A stretch of DNA of 64,000 bases from Negativicutes bacterium (GTDB lineage: Bacteria; Bacillota; Negativicutes; UBA1444): positions 192,001 to 256,000 of the forward strand of contig CAXXIN010000013.1 of the NCBI GenBank assembly GCA_963665275.2, read 5' to 3'. Below are positions 10,816-20,289 of this stretch, piece after piece. Numbering within the stretch: the first letter of the stretch is position 1; every line of letters begins with the position of its first letter. A model generated the notes under the pieces. That model had not been told where the DNA came from. It saw nothing but the letters and a program-made list of their open reading frames with translations, and ran no database searches. Both the position numbers and the translations under genes were made by a program.

Positions 10816-11478
10816 TCAGTCCAGTTTCATTTCACAAAACGTATCCGCTATAATGAAGTCCGCGTCGGTGAGGCGCTGAATTTCTTCAAGCGTCACACCC
10901 GGCGCATGCTCTTTGAGAATGAGGACGCCGTCGCCTACTCCGAACACCGCTTTATCTGTGATGATCGTGCTGACGCAGTTTTTGCCGGTCAGCGGCAAGG
11001 TGCATTTCTTCATGATCTTGGATTCGCCGCTCTTGTCGGCATGCATCAGGCAAGCAATGACTTTCTTGGTGCCGTAGCACAGATCCATCGCTCCGCCGAT
11101 GCCGGGCCACCATTTTCCATTGCGGTTGACGGCCCAGTTGGCGATATTACCCAGTTGGTCAACTTCCAACGCGCCCAGGATGGTAACATCCAACAGCCCG
11201 CTGCGCATTGCGCCGAGCGAAGTCGCCAGATCCATAATCGCAGCTCCCGGGGCCAACGTCACCGGTTCCGATCCGGCATTAGTCATGTCGGCTGTTGCGG
11301 CCGAAGCCGTAGGTTTGGGGCCGACGCCGAAAACTCCATTCTCGGCATGAAACATAACTTTAACGCCTTCCGGCAGATAATTCGACGCCTGGGTCGGCAT
11401 TCCGAAGCCCAGATTTACCAGTTGACCATTTTCCAATTCCATGGCGGCGCGTTTGGCGATGAGCACTCTTGCATCCAT
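10816..11478 (-). CDS. 3-oxoacid CoA-transferase subunit B
   Basis: VNLGFGMP, (S/A)ENG catalytic Glu, GGAMDL. Confidence 0.93.
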   Translation of the reverse strand: MDARVLIAKRAAMELENGQLVNLGFGMPTQASNYLPEGVKVMFHAENGVFGVGPKPTASAATADMTNAGSEPVTLAPGAAIMDLATSLGAMRSGLLDVTILGALEVDQLGNIANWAVNRNGKWWPGIGGAMDLCYGTKKVIACLMHADKSGESKIMKKCTLPLTGKNCVSTIITDKAVFGVGDGVLILKEHAPGVTLEEIQRLTDADFIIADTFCEMKLD

Positions 11479-11505
11479 CTGTGATTCCTCCTCCAGTCTT
11501 TCCTC

Positions 11506-12267
11506 TTATTTCTCGGGAGCCAGTTTGCCGATTTTCAGCCAATGTTGACGGTAACGATCATCATGTTCCGCCAGACTCAGGCCCTTGACGACTGCCTGGA
11601 CGAATGGCGCAGGCGTTCCGACGCGTTCCGGCGGAATCGTTCCGACCGGCACGATCTCTTCCACTTCAGCAATTGTATAATCGCACGCCATCGCAACCAT
11701 GGCATTGCAGTTCATGCTGGTCAGACGATATTCGAGGTTCCCCATTTCATCGGCGCGCCATGCTTTGACGAGTCCGACCGGCGCACGCAGGGGGGGCTCG
11801 ACGAAGCATTTGATTCCGTTAACTTCGATGACGACTTTCGGTTCTTTCAAATCCGCGAACAAGCCGGGTTCGTCGAGAATACCAACGCCGACGGGAATCA
11901 GCGCACCGCCGAGGCCCATGGCTCCAGCCCGAACTTTTTCGATCCAGGTTCCCATTGGATAGAATTGCTCGACTTTCAGGTTGCCCTTCAGATATTCATC
12001 CGTAGACTCCTGCGTCGTGCCGACATGGGAAGAAATGATTTCCTTCACCAGCCCGTTCTTGTACAGCATGGCCCGGCCGAATCCGCCGAGGCCCGGTTCA
12101 TTTGTGATCAGTGTGATCCCGGAAATTTGGTTCTGGATCAGCCAGTCGATGCAACAGGTGGGTTCGCCCGCACCGACAAAACCTCCCATCATAATGACCG
12201 AATCCGTCTTGGGAATTACTGCCAGAGCTTCATCCAGCGTTTTGAGTTTATTCTCGAACTTGGACAT
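11506..12267 (-). CDS. CoA-transferase subunit A
   Basis: IMMGGF, PMGTWIEKVRAGAMG, KAWRADEMGNL. Confidence 0.92.
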   Translation of the reverse strand: MSKFENKLKTLDEALAVIPKTDSVIMMGGFVGAGEPTCCIDWLIQNQISGITLITNEPGLGGFGRAMLYKNGLVKEIISSHVGTTQESTDEYLKGNLKVEQFYPMGTWIEKVRAGAMGLGGALIPVGVGILDEPGLFADLKEPKVVIEVNGIKCFVEPPLRAPVGLVKAWRADEMGNLEYRLTSMNCNAMVAMACDYTIAEVEEIVPVGTIPPERVGTPAPFVQAVVKGLSLAEHDDRYRQHWLKIGKLAPEK

Positions 12268-12337
12268 TAATTTTTCCCCCTTTTCGCTTGCTTCAAGTCT
12301 GCCGATTACTGATGGCCATCAGTTGCCCACTACCAAT

Positions 12338-12354
12338 TGCAAGTATCGTGCCAA
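12338..12354 (-). promoter_or_regulatory. sigma54 -24/-12 promoter of CoA-transferase operon
   Basis: TTGGCACGATACTTGCA on minus strand. Confidence 0.85.
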
Positions 12355-12390
12355 TTTACCTCAATTGTCTGAAAAGCCTCATTTTACAAG

Positions 12391-12432
12391 GAAAAGGAGA
12401 GGTGTCCACCCGTCAGGGTGGAGCCTCTCCTT
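12391..12432 (-). terminator. Terminator of sigma54 activator gene
   Basis: AAGGAGAGG-TCCACCC/GGGTGGA-CCTCTCCTT hairpin, U-run on minus strand. Confidence 0.6.
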
Positions 12433-12470
12433 CCGTAGCCTACCGCAACACCTGTCGCTTTCGCGGACAG

Positions 12471-13841
12471 TTAGCCGAGATTGTAGCGTTCCAATTTCTT
12501 ATATAACACGGACCGTTGCATATTGAGAACGCGGGCGGCCTGCGCCTTGTTCCCGCTAGATTTCATCAACGCATTCTGAATCAGGCTTTTTTCCGCTTCT
12601 TCGATCGTCCCCTTCAAGCCATTGAAATTCAGAGTTACCGGGCGCGCCCGGGTTTCCGACTGCCAGGGCGGATTGGGAATAGCCCGCACATCCACGATTT
12701 GGTCGGCGCTCCAGTTGATCGCCTGTTCCAGCAGATTCTCGAGTTCCCGTACATTACCCGGCCAATTGTACTGTTGCATGATGGTGAGCGATTCCGGCGT
12801 TACGGTCCGAGCATCCGAACCGATGCGTTGATTGATCTTGAGAATGAGCCCCTGCAGCAGCATCGGCAAATCATCCAAGCGGTCCCGCAAGGGGGGCATC
12901 TCAATCTGCAGCACATTCAGCCGGTAATATAAATCCTGACGGAATTTATTCTGCGCCACGAGTCGACCGAGATCCTGATTGGTTGAAGCCATGACCCGCA
13001 CGTCAATCTGGGTCGGGGCTGTCGCCCCCACGCGCCATACCGCCCTCTCCTGCAGCACCCGCAGCAATTTCACCTGCATATAAGAGGGCATGTCGCCGAT
13101 CTCATCGAGCAGGATCGTGCCGCCGTCGGCCAACTCGAACTTGCCTGGTTTGCCGCTGCGTTTGGCGCCGGTGAACGCACCTTCCACGTAGCCGAACAGT
13201 TCGGACTCCAGCAGATTTTCCGGAATCGCCGCGCAGTTCACGCTGACGAAGGGCCGTTCACGCCGGACGGACCGGGTATGGATGGCCTGGGCGATGACTT
13301 CCTTGCCTGTGCCGCTCTCCCCGGTGATCAAGAGAGTCGAGCTGGTGCGCGACGCCCTGCGGGCCAGCTTCTTGACATACAGCATCGGCGTCGTTTCGCC
13401 GATAATATTCTGGCAGGTGCAGAGAGTCTGCGGCTGACAATTGCCCAAACGACTGGAGTGCCAGACTTTATTGGCAATCTCCTTGGCAATGGTCTGATCG
13501 GGGAAAATCGTCTTCACGATGGCGCCGACTACTTTACCCTCTTCCTTGATCGGGAATCGAGCCACGAGCAATTCATGCCCGTTGACCAAAATCGTATCGC
13601 CCCAAAGAGAATAGCCCTGAACCACCGTGTCGAACAGGGAGGTTCCAGGCAGTGCGTCCCAGACCTTGCGGCCCAAAAGTTCCGGCTGCGTCAGCCCCAA
13701 CATATCCGCGAAAAAATTATTGACGAAGAAAATCGCGCCAGCCTCGTCGAACGACAGAATTCCCTCGAACGGAGTATCCATCGCCAGTTTCATGCGGTGA
13801 TCCAGATTGAATTCGTTGTGACTCGCTACAATGGCTCCCAT
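12471..13841 (-). CDS. PAS-domain sigma54-dependent Fis-family activator
   Basis: PAS, GESGTGKE, GAFTGA, WPGNVRELEN, C-terminal HTH. Confidence 0.95.
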   Translation of the reverse strand: MGAIVASHNEFNLDHRMKLAMDTPFEGILSFDEAGAIFFVNNFFADMLGLTQPELLGRKVWDALPGTSLFDTVVQGYSLWGDTILVNGHELLVARFPIKEEGKVVGAIVKTIFPDQTIAKEIANKVWHSSRLGNCQPQTLCTCQNIIGETTPMLYVKKLARRASRTSSTLLITGESGTGKEVIAQAIHTRSVRRERPFVSVNCAAIPENLLESELFGYVEGAFTGAKRSGKPGKFELADGGTILLDEIGDMPSYMQVKLLRVLQERAVWRVGATAPTQIDVRVMASTNQDLGRLVAQNKFRQDLYYRLNVLQIEMPPLRDRLDDLPMLLQGLILKINQRIGSDARTVTPESLTIMQQYNWPGNVRELENLLEQAINWSADQIVDVRAIPNPPWQSETRARPVTLNFNGLKGTIEEAEKSLIQNALMKSSGNKAQAARVLNMQRSVLYKKLERYNLG

Positions 13842-13878
13842 GCTTACCCCTCCTTGCAGTGTCCCGTATCCCTATCCA

Positions 13879-13895
13879 TGCAAGCAACGTGCCAA
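13879..13895 (-). promoter_or_regulatory. sigma54 promoter upstream of the activator gene itself
   Basis: TTGGCACGTTGCTTGCA on minus strand. Confidence 0.8.
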
Positions 13896-13974
13896 GAGCG
13901 AAACGGCTCTAGCAAAGGATTCCTCTCCGTTCATTGTGTCTGTTTTTGCTACATGTGTCTTTTTTACGTACAGT

Positions 13975-16503
13975 TTATGACCTTTCAATTTTCAAACATA
14001 CCCCCGTTGCATCGTCACGCAGTTCACCGTTCTCCGCCAGTCCCACCAGCGACGCCATGTCCGCATCAAAATCCTTACCGCCCGGCGACCAGAAGTTTCG
14101 ATTCTCCGCTTGTGACAATGCATCAGAAAAACCATCCGTAAGAAAATGAAAAGTGTCGCCGGGCGATATGGGCAAAACACCCGTTATGAACTTCGGATCA
14201 TCCCACATCCCGACGAACATGCCCGGTGTTTCAATCTTCTGTCCGTTAGCAAAAAACTGCGTTATCCCGGCCCCGACATACCGTAGTTCCTTCAGGAACA
14301 AATCCAGCTCAAAACCCAACAATGCGGCGTAGGAACCCTCGGTGAAACATCGGGCCGCGCGAGCATTGATGCGCTTCATTTGTCCATGCAGCGATAACTT
14401 GGATGTCGCAGCCTCCCGCAGCAATACGCTGAAGGATGCCGTCTGAAGTGCCGTGGCCAGTCCGTGCCCGGACACGTCGACGAGGTAGCCGCGCAACAAA
14501 GTCCCTTCATTGAGCCACCCCAAGTGATAGGAGTCGCCACTCACGAAATGGGAAGGGTAATAGAGAGTTCGGACAGCTACCAAAGGTGAAACAGGCAGTT
14601 CCGTCAACAGTGCCCGCTGTACCTGACGGGCGACCTCGACATCCCGGGCCAGCTCGGCGCTGCGGCGGCGTTCCTCTGCCGTGTCGCGCAGGCTGGCCAG
14701 CAAATACTTCCGGCCGTCAATGTTGATGGTGGTCCCTGCACGTTCCACACATATCAGCGTACCGTTTTTGTGACGATAGGTCCTGGCTTCAGTTGGCAGG
14801 ACACGTTGCGTTCCTGCTAACAGAGAAGTGTAGAGTCTATCTATGTTCGACCGTAGATCCATCGCAATTTCATTCACGCAAAGAGGAGCATCCGCCGGCA
14901 GGAAATAGCCAAGCAACTCGTTAAACCGGTGATTGACCTCCACGATTTCCCGGGTCTCGAGATCTATCAACGCCAAGGCTTCGAAGGACTGCTCAATGAG
15001 TGCGTGATAGCGGGTCTGGCTGGATTGCAGTGCGGTCTCCACCCTTTTGCGGGCCTCAATGTCATGCAATATACCGATGATGGAAACAAACTTGCCCTCA
15101 GCATCACGAACAGGTTTGGCGCTTGAGATATACCACCGCCATTCTCCGCTCGCTTGACGCACACGGATTTCGACCCCATTGTGCTTCTCTCCGGTTAGAA
15201 CCATTTGATTGAAAACTGCGAGGCAATCGGCCTGATCGCTGGGATGCACAAAATCAGTGAACTGCTGGCCGATGATCGCACTACGCCCATGGCCCAACAC
15301 TTCCGTCCAGTTGGGGGACACATAGGTGGCCACGCCTTCCGGTGTAATTGAGTAAACAATATCATTAACATTTTCCACGAGCGTTCGAAAGCGTGCTTCG
15401 CTAGCGGTCAGAGCAGTCTGCATCTGCTTGCGTTCAATTGCCAGAGAAACCTGAGCGGCGATGATGGAAAGAACTTCGGAGTCTTCCTTCTGGAAAGTTT
15501 GGGTTGCACCCAGCAGGACCAACGAAATCACTCCAAAAGGCGTCCCTTGGGAGTCCGTCAGTGGCGCCCCCAGATATTCCTGAACCTTAGCCGTTTGGCC
15601 TTCCGTCAACACATACTCGCCCTTATCGCGCAACCGGGCCATATCGGAGCCTGTCAGGTGGACGGTTCGGCCCAGTCGCAGGACATATTCCGTAAAACCC
15701 CTGGCAATCGGTCGCCGCACCGGAATGTCATCCGCCGCATCAGCGCGAAAGGCCACCACGATTTCACTCGAGGCATCATCCAGAAGACTGATGAGAAAGT
15801 GCTCGGCCGACAACACCCGCACCACCAGCAGATGCACCACTTTATAAAGATCGTCCAGCGACAACACGATCGCGGCCTCGGCAATTTCCCTCAGGATAGT
15901 CTGCATTTCGATGCTGCGTTGTTGCGCTTCTTCTATCTGTTTGCGTTGGGTAATATCGATTGCCATTGCGCGAACCACAGGTACTCCATCGAGTTCCTGC
16001 GCCAAATTCATTTCCAGACGTATCCAAAACCGAGCGCCGCTATTTCCCACCAAACGCAGTTCGCAGGTGGAGGGTACGCTGGTTTCGAACAACTTCCTGT
16101 ATTGAAGATAATAGAGATCTTGATCGTTATGAAAGACAAATTGGTGCAATGGCTTATTAAGCAACTCCGCCTTCGCCAACCCCAACATGGTCGCGAAAGT
16201 AAGATTGGCTTCGATGATCGACCCTTGAACACTCAGCAAAAAATAACCGACCGGGGCCAAATCATACAAGTCAAAGTACCGGTCCCGGCCACCATGAAGC
16301 TCCTCTTGCGCATGCCGCAGAGCCTCGTTCTGCATTTCCAGCTCGAGCTGGTGAACGCGCAGTTCGTGCAGCAATTTCCAGGCCGCTTCCGGCGAAAGCG
16401 CCTCCATCATTTCCGGCGCCTGCCTGATGCTTTCCCTGTCGATATCCTCTGCCCGCTGTCTCAGTTGACGCGCATCGAACCCGTCTTGCTTCCGTGATCG
16501 CAT
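13975..16503 (-). CDS. PAS/GAF sensor with SpoIIE (PP2C) phosphatase domain
   Basis: Several PAS domains, GAF, VSGD / DVSGHG / LTDG / DDAT PP2C motifs. Confidence 0.9.
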   Translation of the reverse strand: MRSRKQDGFDARQLRQRAEDIDRESIRQAPEMMEALSPEAAWKLLHELRVHQLELEMQNEALRHAQEELHGGRDRYFDLYDLAPVGYFLLSVQGSIIEANLTFATMLGLAKAELLNKPLHQFVFHNDQDLYYLQYRKLFETSVPSTCELRLVGNSGARFWIRLEMNLAQELDGVPVVRAMAIDITQRKQIEEAQQRSIEMQTILREIAEAAIVLSLDDLYKVVHLLVVRVLSAEHFLISLLDDASSEIVVAFRADAADDIPVRRPIARGFTEYVLRLGRTVHLTGSDMARLRDKGEYVLTEGQTAKVQEYLGAPLTDSQGTPFGVISLVLLGATQTFQKEDSEVLSIIAAQVSLAIERKQMQTALTASEARFRTLVENVNDIVYSITPEGVATYVSPNWTEVLGHGRSAIIGQQFTDFVHPSDQADCLAVFNQMVLTGEKHNGVEIRVRQASGEWRWYISSAKPVRDAEGKFVSIIGILHDIEARKRVETALQSSQTRYHALIEQSFEALALIDLETREIVEVNHRFNELLGYFLPADAPLCVNEIAMDLRSNIDRLYTSLLAGTQRVLPTEARTYRHKNGTLICVERAGTTINIDGRKYLLASLRDTAEERRRSAELARDVEVARQVQRALLTELPVSPLVAVRTLYYPSHFVSGDSYHLGWLNEGTLLRGYLVDVSGHGLATALQTASFSVLLREAATSKLSLHGQMKRINARAARCFTEGSYAALLGFELDLFLKELRYVGAGITQFFANGQKIETPGMFVGMWDDPKFITGVLPISPGDTFHFLTDGFSDALSQAENRNFWSPGGKDFDADMASLVGLAENGELRDDATGVCLKIERS

Positions 16504-16617
16504 CGCACAGCGCCCCCAAACCCAAAGTTTTAGACACGGAAAAGTGCTTCTGATTGTATAAAATTCCCGGCAGGTTTACGAATTCCTGCCAATTTTCGGA
16601 ATAATAAGCGCGGAACT

Positions 16618-17628
16618 CTATTTGCTAAGCAACTTCCCGATATTCTTGAGCGATATCGACAGCGTGCCGTCGGGATTGTTGATGAACTCCACAAAGTCCT
16701 TGTTTTGAAAATAGTCCACCGGAATGGAAATCTCGATGCCGGTATCCGTTTTGATCTTATGGGTCTTGCCTGTGCGCACCGCCAGATTACGGTCAATTTT
16801 GACCGCCCCGGCGATCCCGGCCTGATCGACTTGCTGCTGATACTCCTGTTGCATGAGCGGTGAGGCCGCGAACACCTCTTTCCCCAGCTCCACCGGATCG
16901 AGATACTCCGACACTTCCGTATTCTCGATGATGAAGGTCTTGGCCCGGGACACCGCGATACCCGAATTCTCGCCGTGCTCTTCCGCCACCTTGCGGGTAA
17001 TGGCCGTCACCTTCTTGATCGTATCTTTCTGTGAGATGCGGGAGCTGCACTCCAGCACCAGTTCCGGCAACACATAGACCTCCTGCCCGTCAATCGAACA
17101 CTTCTTGTCCACGAAGCGAATCTCCTGCGAATCCACCCCGACGAACGCATATTCATCCAATTTTTGCGACGGATTCGGCAGAATCGCGTAATGATTGATG
17201 ATTTGGTTGCGGATGCCGGTTCCCTCCTGCGCCACTTGGTGCGTGTACCCGATCCGGTTGTTGCATTTCAGGATCGCGAGCACTCGCTCCCCATTCGCTG
17301 TAATGTCGCAAATCAGAACATCCGCCGACACCTGGTTATCCGAGCGGGCAATCGCTTCATACATGGTCCCGGCAATCTGGCCGGAAAATTCAACGAACCC
17401 GAGTTCGCCGGCGGCATAAGCAGCCAATTGCGGCTGCAACCGGCTGACCTCGCTAAACGCTCCATGTTTCAAGCCGGAGTCCTCATAGGATTTTTCCAGG
17501 TGCTTCATCAGAAAATCGAACACCCCACTGCTGCCCAGCTCCAGTTCCTGCTCGGAAAAAACGGTCAAATTCGAGTTAAAATCCAATATGTGCAAAATCG
17601 CTTTATTAATGTTGATCAAGGTTTCCAT
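16618..17628 (-). CDS. Nucleoid-associated protein (NdpA/YejK-like, Firmicute type)
   Basis: INKAILHILD start and KIKTDTGIEISIP...NPDGTLSISLKNI C-terminus. Confidence 0.8.
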   Translation of the reverse strand: METLININKAILHILDFNSNLTVFSEQELELGSSGVFDFLMKHLEKSYEDSGLKHGAFSEVSRLQPQLAAYAAGELGFVEFSGQIAGTMYEAIARSDNQVSADVLICDITANGERVLAILKCNNRIGYTHQVAQEGTGIRNQIINHYAILPNPSQKLDEYAFVGVDSQEIRFVDKKCSIDGQEVYVLPELVLECSSRISQKDTIKKVTAITRKVAEEHGENSGIAVSRAKTFIIENTEVSEYLDPVELGKEVFAASPLMQQEYQQQVDQAGIAGAVKIDRNLAVRTGKTHKIKTDTGIEISIPVDYFQNKDFVEFINNPDGTLSISLKNIGKLLSK

Positions 17629-17798
17629 GTTTTATTTTCCTCCAGGTTCTAAGCCCATGTCCAATTGGCGCGAGGCTTTTTTCGTCAGTTCGTTCTGCTC
17701 ATTGAAAATAGTATATCATTTCTCCGTCCGGTTCTGAACTGAAAAAAGGCTCGCCGCTTTTTATTCGGAGAGCCTGCAGCCTGTATTGAACTTCTGAC

Positions 17799-18041
17799 TT
17801 ACTGTCGAGAACTTGGAAAGATGCTCTCTAACGATTTTGTGTAAACTTTTCCCGCCACCCCGATGACAAACTGGCAATCCAAACTCTTGCAGGTAGAGCA
17901 ACCGCTGCAATACTTTGTGAGTATCTCGCTAGCATCCGCCTTTCCGTCTTCGGTAAGATAATATGCCGATATTTGTTGGGCCACTTCTTTTGCGACCAAA
18001 GAACATTGGATGATTCGATTAACAGTGATTGTCTCGCGCAT
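17799..18041 (-). CDS. Small Cys-rich hypothetical protein
   Basis: RBS then MRETITVNR...; C-X31-CSGCSTC-X4-C; start moved from ORF track. Confidence 0.5.
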   Translation of the reverse strand: MRETITVNRIIQCSLVAKEVAQQISAYYLTEDGKADASEILTKYCSGCSTCKSLDCQFVIGVAGKVYTKSLESIFPSSRQ

Positions 18042-18090
18042 CGACAAGCCCCCTGATATAAATTTTCCCCGTTGAGGATCATAAAGAATT

Positions 18091-18273
18091 TTATCCAAGT
18101 ACGCAGTCTTCGCGCCAACGGCATTTTTCCTGGTCACAGTTATCCCCACCCTTGCCAAAGCAGGGTGTATTGTTCTCCTGTACTTGAATTGCGTGGATCA
18201 GCTCCGTTTTATTCATCTTTCCCAGGCGGATTTCCATTTTCCTGGCAATCTCTTTCACTTCCGGAAGCTTCAC
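18091..18273 (-). CDS. SAP/Rho-N-like small protein with Cys tail
   Basis: MKLPEVKEIARKMEI..GKMNKTELIHAIQ..E.NTPCF...CDQEKCRWREDC. Confidence 0.75.
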   Translation of the reverse strand: MKLPEVKEIARKMEIRLGKMNKTELIHAIQVQENNTPCFGKGGDNCDQEKCRWREDCVLG

Positions 18274-18328
18274 GTCGTCTCATCTCCTCGTAATTTTTCG
18301 CAGCCCGGGAGCGCTTATTTTTCAGCCG

Positions 18329-18595
18329 TCAAGCGAATTTGCGATCGATTTTCAAGCCCATATATTTCCGTGCCCGTCTGGTGTTTTCCAACCCTGGCTT
18401 ATCGCCGGACCAGCAACCGATTACTTCCAGCTTCAGGCCACTTGCGCGCCTTGCTTCCCCGAGGGAAAACTCATACCCTTCCCTTTCTTCAAAAGCACGT
18501 CGGGCGTAAGGATCTCTGCACTCATTGTAGGCTTTGGCAAACCCTTTATCCGTATTTAGTCTCTCGAAAAATAACTGGGCGGATTCCAGTCCCAT
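18329..18595 (-). CDS. Nif11-like leader peptide family protein
   Basis: MGLESAQLFFERLNTDKGFAK...C.D..AR......GYEFS matches Nif11 leader pattern. Confidence 0.7.
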   Translation of the reverse strand: MGLESAQLFFERLNTDKGFAKAYNECRDPYARRAFEEREGYEFSLGEARRASGLKLEVIGCWSGDKPGLENTRRARKYMGLKIDRKFA

Positions 18596-18608
18596 TTGTA
18601 CCCCTCCT

Positions 18609-18935
18609 CTATTGCCTGTTCCGTGGAGTCGGAATCGTCATCACTTCATCCCGCGCAAGCCCGTTATTAATTTTGCGCTGCTGAAAAACAGCGGCGATTA
18701 CCTTTTCACTGCTATCGCGGACAGTATGAAGGGTAAAATCGGCAAGCAGGCTGGGCAAAGCTTCTTCAGATGAGACTCTGCTGATATTGCCTACAGCATG
18801 TCCATCACGTTTTTCCACAATTTTGAGAGCCAAAGCGCCAATCACCATCACTTCGCGGGGACTGTGCCCTACCACTTCCTGCAGTTCCGGAATGGTTCTG
18901 ACTATAAACACTTTCCCATCCTCCATACACCCCAT
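18609..18935 (-). CDS. Hypothetical protein
   Basis: ORF in run of same-strand small genes. Confidence 0.5.
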   Translation of the reverse strand: MGCMEDGKVFIVRTIPELQEVVGHSPREVMVIGALALKIVEKRDGHAVGNISRVSSEEALPSLLADFTLHTVRDSSEKVIAAVFQQRKINNGLARDEVMTIPTPRNRQ

Positions 18936-19101
18936 TATCGGATTCGAAATGTTGTCTTTTTCTCACTATCAGTTTACATTGCCGTTTTCAAATTGTTGTT
19001 ATGGAAATGTTAAGTTGTGATGAATTCGGCATAAATATTCGGTGCAACAATGGCTGCAGACCAGGATCAACCTGTCTCCAATTGGAGGCTCCCGTGTGTT
19101 T

Positions 19102-20289
19102 TCACAAAGCGGCTCCGCATTTTTCGTGATATAGCGAAATCAACGTATCCAAAATAATTGTCTGCTGTGCTTCCAGCAGGAAAAACCACCAGGCGTGCGT
19201 CGCATCGCAAATTTCAAAATCAAAGCCAAATTCGGTAGAAATAGCCGGAACGTGGGCAATCGGGAAAAACATCTCGGCGTCTTGACCATCGATCACACCG
19301 GAAAATGTCAGTCCGGCCTGCTGCAGCACCAGTTCACCGCGCCCGCAGCGCCGGTATCCGCCGCGATACTTATCAGCAACGCGTAGTTCACTGACCGTCG
19401 CGCGAAAATCCGCCTGTCCCCGTTGAATTCGCTCAGATTGCTGCGCGCGCTGCCACGCATTCCACTGCACCGGATCGGGAAAGGCAATACAATTCTCGTC
19501 TTGCGGCTCCAGCTTCCCGTACTCATTTTGATGGGCCGAATTTTGACAGGCTATACAAAACAGTCTGTTTTTTTTACTTTGCATAACTCGTTGCGCCAAA
19601 CAACGAGGACAATGGTGCAAAATCTTATGCAACCCCTCCGTTGACGGCGGTGAAATCAGTTTGGCGCCGGCGTTGTTCAGCCAGCGATAGTCGTTATAAG
19701 ATAGTTTCTGTTTGATCCAGTCATGGATTTCCTGCTCACTGCAGGTTTGAAGCTCTGCCTGTGTAAATAACCGGTGCACTGAAACCTCCACTCTCGCCGA
19801 TCGCCATTTTTTCGCCCAGCGCGGCCACAAAAAATAGCCTCCGTCGATGTTCACTACTACAACCTCTACTTGCGCCTTCTGCAAGAACCGGGCAAGGGAA
19901 ACCGACAAATCGCACGACCTGCCATCAACCGAGCGGCGGCCTTCGGGGAAAATTCCGACAACGCCGCCCTGTGCCAGGACGTTCAGCGCCCCGCGCAATG
20001 CCCGCAAGTCCGGTGAAAATTGTATTTTGGGAATGACGCCCCACTTACGCAAAATATAACCGATCAGCGGCAAACGAAAATAATAGTTTGAAGTCATAAA
20101 GCGGCAAACATCGTTACCAATGGCGACTTGCACCAGCGCCGGATCAAAATTCGAGGTATGATTGGCGAGCACGATATAGGGCGGTTTTATGCCGCTCATG
20201 GCGCAACGGTCCATATGAATATGTCGCCTGCCCCGGTCGATCCAAAACACAATCAGCCGCGCCGCCCAAATCTGAAGTGCAGCTTTCAA
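19102..20289 (-). CDS. Lysophospholipid acyltransferase (PlsC/OlsA-like) with Zn-finger-like extension
   Basis: NHTSNFD (HX4D), IFPEGRRS; CPRC / CIAC. Confidence 0.85.
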   Translation of the reverse strand: MKAALQIWAARLIVFWIDRGRRHIHMDRCAMSGIKPPYIVLANHTSNFDPALVQVAIGNDVCRFMTSNYYFRLPLIGYILRKWGVIPKIQFSPDLRALRGALNVLAQGGVVGIFPEGRRSVDGRSCDLSVSLARFLQKAQVEVVVVNIDGGYFLWPRWAKKWRSARVEVSVHRLFTQAELQTCSEQEIHDWIKQKLSYNDYRWLNNAGAKLISPPSTEGLHKILHHCPRCLAQRVMQSKKNRLFCIACQNSAHQNEYGKLEPQDENCIAFPDPVQWNAWQRAQQSERIQRGQADFRATVSELRVADKYRGGYRRCGRGELVLQQAGLTFSGVIDGQDAEMFFPIAHVPAISTEFGFDFEICDATHAWWFFLLEAQQTIILDTLISLYHEKCGAAL

